From: an uncultured bacterium
GTDB taxonomy: Bacteria; Desulfobacterota_D; UBA1144; Nemesobacterales; UBA2774
Assembly: GCA_963705505.1 (NCBI GenBank)
Contig: CAVPJU010000003.1
Span: forward strand, 293,004 to 357,003
Length of the DNA stretch: 64,000 nt
Direction: 5' to 3'
Numbering within the stretch: position 1 is the first letter of the stretch; each line of letters begins with the position of its first letter. The notes under the pieces are model-generated. The model made no database searches, was not told the origin of the DNA, and saw only the letters and a list, made by a program, of their open reading frames with translations. Position numbers and translations under genes: made by a program. This document shows positions 20,955-30,502 of the stretch, piece after piece.

Positions 20955-21804
20955 AAAGAGAGCCACAAAGGTTATAAGCAGCGTCAAAGAGATGCAGGAC
21001 TTCTCGAGCGCGCTCAGAAAGGATGGGAAAACCATAAGTTTCGTCCCGACTATGGGAGCGCTCCACGAAGGGCATATAAGCCTGATGAGGGAAGGGAAGA
21101 AACTCGGCGACATACTCGTCGCAAGTGTCTTCGTAAACCCCGCCCAGTTCGGCCGCGGTGAGGATTATATGTCCTACAAGAGGGACACGGACGGCGATTT
21201 GAAGAAACTGACGGGGGCGGGGGTCGATATCGCCTTCTTCCCCGAGACAGGAGAAATTTATCCGCCCGGCTTCGAGACGTATGTCGAGGTAACGGAGCTT
21301 GAGAAGCCGCTCTGCGGGAGGTTCCGCCCCGGACATTTCAGGGGCGTCGCAACCGTAGTGCTGAAGCTCTTTAATATCGTAAGACCCCATATCGCGATAT
21401 TCGGGGAGAAGGACTATCAGCAGCTACAGATCATAAGGAAAATGGTCAGGGACCTCAGCCTGGAAATCGAGATAATCGGAATGCCGATAGTGAGGGAAAA
21501 AAGCGGTCTCGCCATGAGCTCGAGGAATTCATACCTGTCGCCGGAGGAAAAGGACAAAGCGGCTTACCTGTCCCAAGCCTTACGGGAGATTAAAACGAGG
21601 TTCGACGGGGGAGAGAGAGATACGCTCAACCTCATCAAAAGAGGATACGAGGTGCTGACGCGCGCCTCGGTCGGCGAAATAGACTATTTAGAAATCAGGG
21701 ACGGGGAGACACTCGGGGACAAGGTATCCGCAGCTCCGGGAGATGTGGCAGCCCTGGCGGTGCGGATAGGTAATGCAAGGCTTATTGATAACACCGTGCT
21801 TTAA
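20947..21804 (+). CDS. panC: Pantoate-beta-alanine ligase
   Basis: [40 protein letters not shown]. Confidence 0.97.
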   Translation: MTEKRATKVISSVKEMQDFSSALRKDGKTISFVPTMGALHEGHISLMREGKKLGDILVASVFVNPAQFGRGEDYMSYKRDTDGDLKKLTGAGVDIAFFPETGEIYPPGFETYVEVTELEKPLCGRFRPGHFRGVATVVLKLFNIVRPHIAIFGEKDYQQLQIIRKMVRDLSLEIEIIGMPIVREKSGLAMSSRNSYLSPEEKDKAAYLSQALREIKTRFDGGERDTLNLIKRGYEVLTRASVGEIDYLEIRDGETLGDKVSAAPGDVAALAVRIGNARLIDNTVL

Positions 21805-21830
21805 ATTATATAATCCGGAGGGGAATAAAG

Positions 21831-22220
21831 ATGCATAGAACGCTTCTTAAATCCAAAATACACAGGGTAACGGTGACCGATGCGGACCTCGAATACGAAG
21901 GAAGCATTACCGTCGACAGGAACCTCATGGATGCAGCCGATTTCTATCACTACGAGCAGGTCCACATATTCAATGTGACCAACGGTCACAGATTCGTGAC
22001 CTACGTAATCGAGGGAAAGCGCGGTTCAAACGAGATATGCGTTAACGGCGCGGCCGCCCACCTGGCGAAAAAAGGGGACTGTCTGATAATTGCGAGCTTT
22101 GCGTCCTACAACGAAAACGAGTGTAAGGCCCACATGCCGAAACTCGTATACGTGGACGGCAATAATCAGATGACTGAAATAAAGCGCGGGCCGAACAAAT
22201 TAAAGGTCGCCGAGAGTTGA
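21831..22220 (+). CDS. panD: Aspartate 1-decarboxylase
   Basis: KSKIHR, YEGSIT cleavage site, NGAAA. Confidence 0.97.
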   Translation: MHRTLLKSKIHRVTVTDADLEYEGSITVDRNLMDAADFYHYEQVHIFNVTNGHRFVTYVIEGKRGSNEICVNGAAAHLAKKGDCLIIASFASYNENECKAHMPKLVYVDGNNQMTEIKRGPNKLKVAES

Positions 22221-22367
22221 ACCCGGGAAATAGGCTTTGTACGCCTGATTTTATCCTTATACTTAATATTGCCCGGTTATTCCTGTACGGGTGATCGCTG
22301 TTTTCTGCCGGTTTTTATGATTTTTGTTAAATTCGGGAGCTTAATGGCATAAATTACATCATAAATA

Positions 22368-22396
22368 TTGACAGAAGCCATTCTGGAGGTTATAAA
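22368..22396 (+). promoter_or_regulatory. Putative sigma70 promoter
   Basis: TTGACA-N17-TATAAA upstream of the 22513 operon. Confidence 0.6.
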
Positions 22397-22512
22397 TGTT
22401 AGCTAGTATTAAAGGAGGAGAAAGGATACAGGATTCGTATTCCGCGAATCCTTCTATTATACGTCTAACAAGTATAAAGTCATACATAACCTTCTGAAGC
22501 GGAGAAAATATT

Positions 22513-23286
22513 ATGAAAGCTGTCATACTTGCAGCTGGTAGAGGTAAAAGGCTTTACCCTTACACTAAGTACATTCCCAAATGTTTACTCGACATCGGCG
22601 GCGAGACTATACTCGAGCACCAGATCAATCATTTGCGCGACTGCGGAATAGACGAGGTTGTAATAGTAGTGGGATTCGGATTTGAAAAAGTTGAAAATTT
22701 CCTTAGGAACTACGACGGATTGGGAATGAGGATCAAGACGCTCTATAATCCCTTTTATCAGACCACGAACAGCCTGATTTCTCTCTGGATCGCCAGAGGG
22801 GAAATGGATGACGATATAGTGGTCATGAACGGGGACGATGTGTTCGAGATAGAAGTCCTCGAGCAGGCACTCAGAATGAGGGATGAAAAAATCTGCCTCC
22901 CGATCAAACGGAAGGCGAGCTATGAAGACGAAGACATGAAGGTCGTAATAAAAGAGACCAAAATCGTCGACATCAGCAAGACCCTGACCAACAGGGCCTC
23001 AGCCGAGTCGGTCGGGGTAAGGGTTTTCAGAGACACGGGCGTGGAACTCATGAAAAGGGCGATAGAGGAAGAAATGAGGACCGTCGGGGCAGAGAATAAA
23101 TGGTATATCTCCGCTATTCACAGGCTTATCAAGAAGGGATATAAGGTCAAGTCCCTGGATATAAATGACCTCTTCTGGATGGACGTGGACTATCCGAGCG
23201 ATTTGTTTAAAGCGAGATTCAATTCAAATAAATTTATCAAGAAATCTTATCAGGAGCGGGTCCTAAGGGTTGTAGAAACTAGTTGA
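22513..23286 (+). CDS. Nucleotidyltransferase (LicC/IPCT-like cytidylyltransferase)
   Basis: AVILAAGRGKRL...PKCLL, NSLISLW, NGDD, WMDVDYPSD. Confidence 0.85.
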   Translation: MKAVILAAGRGKRLYPYTKYIPKCLLDIGGETILEHQINHLRDCGIDEVVIVVGFGFEKVENFLRNYDGLGMRIKTLYNPFYQTTNSLISLWIARGEMDDDIVVMNGDDVFEIEVLEQALRMRDEKICLPIKRKASYEDEDMKVVIKETKIVDISKTLTNRASAESVGVRVFRDTGVELMKRAIEEEMRTVGAENKWYISAIHRLIKKGYKVKSLDINDLFWMDVDYPSDLFKARFNSNKFIKKSYQERVLRVVETS

Positions 23287-23290
23287 TAAA

Positions 23291-24613
23291 ATGGACCATG
23301 CAATAGTCGTTGCCGCTGGTACGGGTATAGAAGAAGAAAAGCTAAGCGTTCACGGAAAGACCGTATTCGGTTCACTTCCTCAAATCAAACGTCTTATTAT
23401 CACCGCTCAAAGAGCCGGCATTAAACACTTCACGATAATAACGGAAAGGGACGATTCTTCTCTAAAAGAGCTCTTATCAGGCGATAAACGTATAGAAAGC
23501 GATATAAACTGGCATTCGCTGGGCTCGGAGATTACACTCGATTCCAGACCTTCTCTTATTATTCAATCGAACCTGATTACCACACCCCGCGCACTTTCAA
23601 ACTTTATGGAGACCGAATGCGGTCAGGATGAGATTGCAGTCCTGACGGACGCGTCGGACGACGCATGGATTAAATCGAGCGGCGGTAATGTCTCCGAAGT
23701 CTTCTCAAGCGGAGGGAGAGCAGTCGGTGCCTTTATAGCGGCAGGGAAGCTCCTCGAAAAGTCCATCATGGACTCGATGTCCATAAGATTGTTTATCCAG
23801 GAGCTCATCGGAAGAGACAAGGTCAAACTCTCCGGGTTCTCGGACAGTTACTGGATGAGACTCACTTCCGAAAGAGACTCGGCAGAAAAAGCCGAAAACC
23901 TGATATTCGCTCATGTGGGGAAAACCGCGACAGGCTGGATCTCGAGGAACATCAACAGCAAAATCTCCTTGCCGACCAGCAGACTTCTGGTTAAAACCCC
24001 TCTCACGCCTAACATGATAAGCATTCTTATAAATATCATCGGGATGTTCTGCGGCGTGTTCTATGCAATCGGGCACCCGGTAATAGGGGCGCTCTTCATG
24101 CAGGCGGCGACTATACTCGACCGGTGTGACGGGGAGGTGGCGCGCGTAAAGCTGATGGAGACGCACAGAGGCCAATGGGTCGATACGATCTCCGACCAGG
24201 TGACCGCCCTTTCTTTTATATTGGGTGTCCCTATCGGGTATTATTATATTTCAAAGAATCCGATCGCAATTATAATGGGAGCCATCAATATATCCATATT
24301 TATTTTCTTTGTTATATGGTCATTCTACTTCCTCAAAAAATATACGAACTCCGGGAGCCTGGTAACTTATTTTGATGTCGATAAACTGGTTGACGGGCAG
24401 AAGCCCTCTATAATACGTAAATTCATCAAACTGGTCCGTCCGATGAGCAGAAGAAATTTTTATTCACTCGGGTTTCTGGTCGTGGCGATCATCGGAGGCT
24501 ACCCCTGGGTGCTCGGATTCACCACTGCGGCACTGATATTCTTTCTAATTCACCAATTAGAAGATATAATAAAATTACGCAGAATAAACCCTGACAACAG
24601 TATTTTAAAATAA
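23291..24613 (+). CDS. CDP-alcohol phosphatidyltransferase with degenerate N-terminal NTP-transferase domain
   Basis: AIVVAAG N-terminus; TPNMIS; DRCDGEVAR...GQWVDTISD signature; transmembrane helices. Confidence 0.85.
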   Translation: MDHAIVVAAGTGIEEEKLSVHGKTVFGSLPQIKRLIITAQRAGIKHFTIITERDDSSLKELLSGDKRIESDINWHSLGSEITLDSRPSLIIQSNLITTPRALSNFMETECGQDEIAVLTDASDDAWIKSSGGNVSEVFSSGGRAVGAFIAAGKLLEKSIMDSMSIRLFIQELIGRDKVKLSGFSDSYWMRLTSERDSAEKAENLIFAHVGKTATGWISRNINSKISLPTSRLLVKTPLTPNMISILINIIGMFCGVFYAIGHPVIGALFMQAATILDRCDGEVARVKLMETHRGQWVDTISDQVTALSFILGVPIGYYYISKNPIAIIMGAINISIFIFFVIWSFYFLKKYTNSGSLVTYFDVDKLVDGQKPSIIRKFIKLVRPMSRRNFYSLGFLVVAIIGGYPWVLGFTTAALIFFLIHQLEDIIKLRRINPDNSILK

Positions 24614-24636
24614 CGCCCCTCGGGAAGGATTTTGAC

Positions 24637-25434
24637 ATGGGAGAGACAAACCAAAAAAATACGGACAATACTGCAAAAAACGGAAACGGCAACGCCCCTC
24701 AGGCGGATTACGAAGTGAAGGAGTATATGCCGGGACTGATGACTTTGGTCATCAAGCTCGTAGAAAAAACGAACGTCATGTTCGCCAAATACGGGAACCT
24801 TCCGATTTACGAAAAGAAGACCTTCCCTTGGGTTGCCGAGGTTGAAAAGGAATGGAAAAAAATAAGAGCGGAGCTCGATACCGTAATGGAAAGAAGGGAG
24901 GATCTCCCGAGTTTTCACGAAATTATGCCGGAAGTAAAAACCATTACGACCGATAACCTGTGGAAAACATTTTTCCTCGCCGGATACGGGCTCGAGAGCG
25001 ATGAAAACGCGAAGAGATGCCCGGAAACGACCCGGATTCTGAAGAAGATCCCCGGAATGAAAACCGCATTTTATTCGATACTCGCCCCGAAGAAGCACAT
25101 CCCGGCGCACAGGGGGCCTTATAACGGGGTGCTTCGCTACCATCTCGGCCTCATAGTGCCTGAGCCCAAGGAACAATGCCGTATCCGGATCGAAGATAAG
25201 ATAACCCACTGGGACGAGGGCGACAGCATTATATTCGACGACACGTTCGAACACGAGGTCTGGAATGACACGAACGGTTTCAGAGCTGTTTTGTTTGTGG
25301 ACTTCGTCCGTCCCGTCAGGTTCCCTTTTAACCTCTTTAATGAATTCCTCATCAATGCGGCGTCCTTTGCCCCGCTGATAAAAGAAGCGGAAGTAAGGCA
25401 CAAAGATTGGGAAAAGAAATTTTATAAGCAATAA
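24637..25434 (+). CDS. Aspartyl/asparaginyl beta-hydroxylase (LpxO-like) 2OG-Fe(II) dioxygenase
   Basis: HIPAHRGPYNGVLRYHLGL, FDDTFEHEVWN, RAVLFVDF. Confidence 0.88.
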   Translation: MGETNQKNTDNTAKNGNGNAPQADYEVKEYMPGLMTLVIKLVEKTNVMFAKYGNLPIYEKKTFPWVAEVEKEWKKIRAELDTVMERREDLPSFHEIMPEVKTITTDNLWKTFFLAGYGLESDENAKRCPETTRILKKIPGMKTAFYSILAPKKHIPAHRGPYNGVLRYHLGLIVPEPKEQCRIRIEDKITHWDEGDSIIFDDTFEHEVWNDTNGFRAVLFVDFVRPVRFPFNLFNEFLINAASFAPLIKEAEVRHKDWEKKFYKQ

Positions 25435-25950
25435 GCCCGCCACCGAGTACCCGAACCATTCTCTGAGCGTCGTATATTCACTTAATCATACGTGATCCGT
25501 GGGTTTATGCCTTCCTGGCGTATATACGAAACTTAATCATTCCGTCCCCCGCTCAAACCCCGCCCTATCCCCTCGCACACGGAAATGCAATTAATCAGAA
25601 AGCCCGAAGTCTTGCAATCGGAAAGGCTTCGAGGCGTGGATATCACGCCGAAGTATCGGTTGCAAGAGATATTTTTCATTATAAGAGCTGGTCCGGACCC
25701 TGAATGCCTTTGACCGCGGGATTTATAGCCCCAGCTCGAGCGAGCATGGTAAAAAATTCACTCTTGACAAACCGATTAATGTACTTATCTTAATACACCT
25801 TCGCTTCTTATTTTTTATCGGCGAACAGGTTTTTTTTATTGAACCGGATTTCTGAGAAATTTTAAGCAGTGACTGTAAATCGAACTCATTATAGAAAGGA
25901 TTACAGGCGCTTAACTAATCTACTAATGAATAAGGAGACCCCTTATCACC

Positions 25951-26349
25951 ATGGCTAAAAAAGCAAAAAAGGCACCCCCTAAAAAGAAAGTAACGAAAAA
26001 ACCGAAGAAGGATTGGCGGGACGATATTAAAAAGATGCTCCTTCTGATGCGCAAAGAGCTTCTCCACGAAGTAACACAGACGATGAGAGCCGAATCGGAT
26101 CACCTGAAATTCGACATAGGCGATTTCTACGACCACGCCTCCACCGACAGGGACAGGGAGCTGGCTCTGATGCTCGCAGACAGAGAAAGGGAAAAGCTCA
26201 CTCACGTCGACGACGCGTTAAAGAGGATAGAAGCCGGTACATACGGGATATGCGAGTCATGCGAAGAGGAAATCGACAAGGAGAGGCTGGCCGCCATGCC
26301 CTTCACGAAACTATGTCTTTCATGCCAGGAAGACCTGGAAAGGCAGTAG
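25951..26349 (+). CDS. DksA/TraR family C4 zinc finger protein
   Basis: DFYDHA coiled-coil tip, YGICESC...RL..CLSCQ. Confidence 0.9.
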   Translation: MAKKAKKAPPKKKVTKKPKKDWRDDIKKMLLLMRKELLHEVTQTMRAESDHLKFDIGDFYDHASTDRDRELALMLADREREKLTHVDDALKRIEAGTYGICESCEEEIDKERLAAMPFTKLCLSCQEDLERQ

Positions 26350-26357
26350 TGTTTTCT

Positions 26358-27392
26358 CTATGATGACAACTTAGACAGATTAACTGTAAACGGTTTCCCG
26401 ATTACACCCTTTTCAGTAATAATCGAGCTTATGTTCTCGTTCGGGGTAATATCGAACGCGGGATTAAACACATTCACGTCAGGCGCTATTTTTATGCCGG
26501 ATATATGTGTGACTTCGAGAGAGCTTCTCTCTTCTATAGGTATCGATTCGCCGCCGGGGCAATCGAAATCAACGGTCGATACGGGAGCAGCTACATAAAA
26601 GGGGATGTTATGTAATTTGGCCAGAACGGATATGGTATACGTTCCTATCTTGTTGGCGACATCGCCGTTCCTAGCAATCCTGTCAGCTCCCAGGACCACA
26701 GCATCCACCATCCCTTTACTCATTATGTAACCGACCATGCTGTCCGTAATTAAAGAAACCGGGATGCCGTCTCTGTCGAGCTCCCACGCCGTGAGCCTGG
26801 CACCCTGAAGGAAAGGCCTTGTTTCCGTGGCTATCACCTTTACTTTCTTCCCCTCCTCCACGGCGGCCCTTATGACCCCGAGAGCCGTCCCGTAGCCTCC
26901 GGTTGCAAGTGCGCCGGCGTTGCAGTGGGTAAGTATGACGGAGTTGTCCTTTATCAGCCCGGCCCCGGCTTTCCCGATTCTTTTGCATGTATTTATGTCT
27001 TCTTCAAGCATATAGCGGGCCTCTTCGACGAGTCTTTGCCTGATCTCCCCGACATCCCCCTCCCCTCCGTCAAGAACCCTGAGCATCCTTTTTACGGCCC
27101 ACGAAAGATTCACGGCCGTGGGTCTCGTCCCGAGAATTACGCCCGAGATCCTCTTGACCTCCGATATGAAGTCATCTTTGTCTTTTGCCCCGGCTTTAAG
27201 CGCGCCGAGCGCGATACCCATGCCCGCTGCGACCCCGATAGCGGGAGCGCCCCTGATAACCATGCGCTTTATCGCATCGGCCACATCCTCGTACGTCATA
27301 CACACGACGTACGTCTCCTCGCCCGGCAGCTTAGTCTGATCTATCATCACCACTCTGTCTTCTTTCCATTCGATCGTATTAAACGAAGACAT
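26358..27392 (-). CDS. mtnA: S-methyl-5-thioribose-1-phosphate isomerase
   Basis: IRGAPAIG, RPTAVNL, LTHCNAGALAT, ETRPFLQGARLT, NPAFDITP. Confidence 0.96.
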   Translation of the reverse strand: MSSFNTIEWKEDRVVMIDQTKLPGEETYVVCMTYEDVADAIKRMVIRGAPAIGVAAGMGIALGALKAGAKDKDDFISEVKRISGVILGTRPTAVNLSWAVKRMLRVLDGGEGDVGEIRQRLVEEARYMLEEDINTCKRIGKAGAGLIKDNSVILTHCNAGALATGGYGTALGVIRAAVEEGKKVKVIATETRPFLQGARLTAWELDRDGIPVSLITDSMVGYIMSKGMVDAVVLGADRIARNGDVANKIGTYTISVLAKLHNIPFYVAAPVSTVDFDCPGGESIPIEERSSLEVTHISGIKIAPDVNVFNPAFDITPNENISSIITEKGVIGKPFTVNLSKLSS

Positions 27393-27456
27393 AAAAATCT
27401 CCCCGCAAAATGAGCTATTAATTTACGGTAACAGTTTACTGGAGCGACCTGCGTTA

Positions 27457-28330
27457 TCAATCAAGGGAGAATCCGAGCGCAACCCAATCGCCTTCCCTCA
27501 ATTCTTTATCGAGATTGAATCCCGCCTTCACGAGATAATTTACCCCATCGTCCCTCCTCGTATGACGGGATCCCGGATAGAACGAGCGTACCCCCCTCTG
27601 CGAGCCTGGCCTTAAATTCTTCTCTCATATGGTATATCGGCTCGAGATATACGTTTGCTACGATAAGGTCATACACGCCCCGGGCGCTCTGAATAGGACC
27701 GCAGAAAAACTTAATTTTATCGAGCACCGAATTCCTTTCCGCATTTCTCCTCGACTCTTTGATAGCGATCGGGTCCGTATCGAACCCCGTTACGTTTTCA
27801 ATGCCGAGCTTAAAAGCGGATATGGCAAGGATCCCGCTTCCGCATCCGACGTCGAGCACGCTCCTCGCACTCTTTTTCTCCGCAATTTCCTCGATATATG
27901 CGATACATAACCTCGTAGTCTCGTGATGCCCGGTCCCGAACGCCATGGAAGGGTTTATCTCTATTACAACCTCCCGGCCGGCCGCTTCATGTTCCTCCCA
28001 CGGGGGTATGATTACAACCCTTTGACCTGCCCTTACCTTCTTCAGTTTCGTTTTCCATACCTCCCAGCTGGAGCGGTCGATGTGCTCGACCTCTACCGGT
28101 CCCGTTCTTGCCGCGCTTACGTTGTCTTCGACGAATCCCGAATAGTCCCTGAGGCTGCTCATTACCGACGACAAGTCGGTCTCCATAGGGAAGTACGCGG
28201 AGATCTCGTACATGCCGTCTTCCTTGATGTCCTCAGCCACTCCGAGAGAGCCCAGACCCAGGAGAAAGTCGGAAAAGAGTGAAACCGTATTCTGCGATGC
28301 GCGGAACCTGATCTGTGATAACTTAAACAA
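27457..28330 (-). CDS. prmA: Ribosomal protein L11 methyltransferase, +1 frameshift near the 3' end
   Basis: PSMAFGTGHHETT, VLDVGCGSGIL; expected C-terminus (...KAGFNLDKELREGDWVALGFSLD*) is in another frame after ~27560. Confidence 0.88.
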
Positions 28331-28511
28331 TAACCCCCCCTTCTATCTCAATATTACTGCCCTTAATAATAACCGATAAATGTTAACTAAATATTCGGCG
28401 ACTGCTAATACGTGCCGCGTGAAATCAACATGTAAAAGAACTCGGTCTACACGCGAATGTCCGCTCCACGTTATGTTTTACACTATCGGCCATAAGTGCT
28501 ATAATTTTTCG

Positions 28512-28874
28512 ATGGATAACCATAAGCTCAAGCACTTCAGGGAAGTACTTATTAACAAGATGGCAGGCCTCATGGGTAATGCTGAAGATACGGTTACGCG
28601 GATGAGCGAAGGCGACGGCACCTTTCCGGATCCGCTCGACAGGGCGCTCTCAGAATCCAACAGCACGATAGAACTCCGAAAACGGGACAGGGAAAGGAAA
28701 CTCATACAAAAAATACAAAAAGCGATTCAAAAAACGGAAGACGGAACTTATGGGATATGCGAGATTTGCGGCGAAGAAATAACGGAAGACAGGCTTGAAG
28801 TAAGGCCTGAAACAACTCTCTGTATCAGCTGTAAACAAGAACAGGAGCAGGTGGAGAGACAATTCGGAATGTAA
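28512..28874 (+). CDS. dksA: RNA polymerase-binding protein DksA
   Basis: FPDPLDRA, RDRERKLIQKI, YGICEIC...RPETTLCISCK; start at MDNHKL. Confidence 0.9.
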   Translation: MDNHKLKHFREVLINKMAGLMGNAEDTVTRMSEGDGTFPDPLDRALSESNSTIELRKRDRERKLIQKIQKAIQKTEDGTYGICEICGEEITEDRLEVRPETTLCISCKQEQEQVERQFGM

Positions 28875-28891
28875 GTAAAAGATATACCCGG

Positions 28892-29347
28892 TTAATTGTT
28901 TCCGCCGAAAACAAAACCTTCAAGGAAGTCGGCGTCTGATTCCTTCACGATCAGCCATTTACCATTCTTCTTTTCGAGAACCATCCGTTCGTTCAGCTTA
29001 AACCTGCTTTTGCTCTGATTAACTTCCGCATTCACAAGGGTCCTCTGTACCACTTCCGCCCTATCGCCGTCCCTGTAAATAGTTCTATCGGAATTCGTAA
29101 GGGCTATCGTATCGAATAGGGATACATTCGTCAAAAAGTTTTTCTTTATTTCCTCGACTCCGATTACTTTCCCCTTTTTTTCCTGCCTGTAGTCAGGCGC
29201 TATCAGCGTCATATACAGATCCGCATCCTTCGTTTCAAAGGCCTTGGTCCTTGCGGACAGGACTTCCTCGACAGCTTTATCTTCACTGTTTCCGCAAGAG
29301 ACAATAAGACAGATTAAAATAACGGAGAAATATAAGGTGGTCCTCAT
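28892..29347 (-). CDS. NTF2/DUF4440-like lipoprotein
   Basis: Lipobox IVSC; C-terminal LEKKNGKWLI typical of NTF2-like folds. Confidence 0.65.
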   Translation of the reverse strand: MRTTLYFSVILICLIVSCGNSEDKAVEEVLSARTKAFETKDADLYMTLIAPDYRQEKKGKVIGVEEIKKNFLTNVSLFDTIALTNSDRTIYRDGDRAEVVQRTLVNAEVNQSKSRFKLNERMVLEKKNGKWLIVKESDADFLEGFVFGGNN

Positions 29348-30183
29348 CCTTGCTGCGGCTGCCCCTGTCCTTCTTTATTCTCCTTGGGAGGAGGGGCCGT
29401 CTTTCCCTGAATTTCATTTAAGAGGGACGACGCCTTGTCAGAATACTTCTGATTGGGGAATTCCTGAACAAGCCGGTTGAGGGTCTGCCGCGCAAGATCA
29501 TACTGATCCGATTTCGCGTACGCCCTGCCGAGGAGATAAAGGGCTTCTTCGTACTTCTTCGTATCGTTATAGTCGCTGACTACGATCTTATACCTGTCGG
29601 CTGCGGCTTTGTAATTATCCCGCCTCGAATAAAAGTTGCCTATATAGATCTCTCTACGGGCAAGTCTGTCCCTGCAGCTTAGAATTTTCTCCCGGGCATC
29701 GGGCATGAGCGGGGAATCGGGATATTTTTCGACAAAGGTATTAAACCATTGAAGGGAAAGCCTCGTATTCGTGGGGTCCCTGTCCGGAGTCCTAATCTTT
29801 TTATAGTAGGACAGAGCGAGCCTGTACGTAGCGTAGGGAGCATCCTCGTTGCCGGGATGACGTTTTAAGAATTCCTCGTACTCGATGGCAGCCTGATCAT
29901 ACTCTTCCTTTTCGTAGTACGCATCGCCCGTCCTCAGCTCGGCGAGCGCAGCATAAGGGCTGTAGGTGTATCTCAACTGAATTTCTTTGAGATACTCGAA
30001 TATCATATCGTAATCCCTGCCCCTGAATATCCATGGGAAACCGCCCTTGTCGGCAGTCAGCTCCTGCATGGCCGCATCATAGAGCTGTTGATCGGAGAGA
30101 TCTTTAGGAACTTTCTTTGACCCGCAATTTATTACAAACAGCAGAGAAACAGTAAGAATCAGGACCGCGAGAACTCTTATCAT
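29344..30183 (-). CDS. bamD: Outer membrane protein assembly factor BamD
   Basis: Lipobox, TPR repeats, YSPYAALAELR, DRDPT, YPDS, EIYIGNFY. Confidence 0.92.
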   Translation of the reverse strand: MIRVLAVLILTVSLLFVINCGSKKVPKDLSDQQLYDAAMQELTADKGGFPWIFRGRDYDMIFEYLKEIQLRYTYSPYAALAELRTGDAYYEKEEYDQAAIEYEEFLKRHPGNEDAPYATYRLALSYYKKIRTPDRDPTNTRLSLQWFNTFVEKYPDSPLMPDAREKILSCRDRLARREIYIGNFYSRRDNYKAAADRYKIVVSDYNDTKKYEEALYLLGRAYAKSDQYDLARQTLNRLVQEFPNQKYSDKASSLLNEIQGKTAPPPKENKEGQGQPQQG

Positions 30184-30502
30184 GGAGTCTTATATTATTT
30201 AGATAAAAATATCCGTGTCAAGTTCGACGGCAAATTGGCGGGCGGCGCTAACAAAAACCCCCGGCTCGTAATTACCGGGATATCGTGCATAAAAGGTATC
30301 ATGGAATAGTAAAGACATGAATGGCCCGGAGGGCTTATCCGGCATCTCAATAGGCGCGGCCCGGCCCCAGTGTCCCGAAATAATGCATTTTCCAATATTT
30401 GAGGTACATCAGGCACTCCTCTTACTCGGTCCGGATAACAACGTCCCCGCAGAAGAATCGCGGCTGCGTATTCGACAACCCCAATTTCCCACGACCGGAG
30501 GT

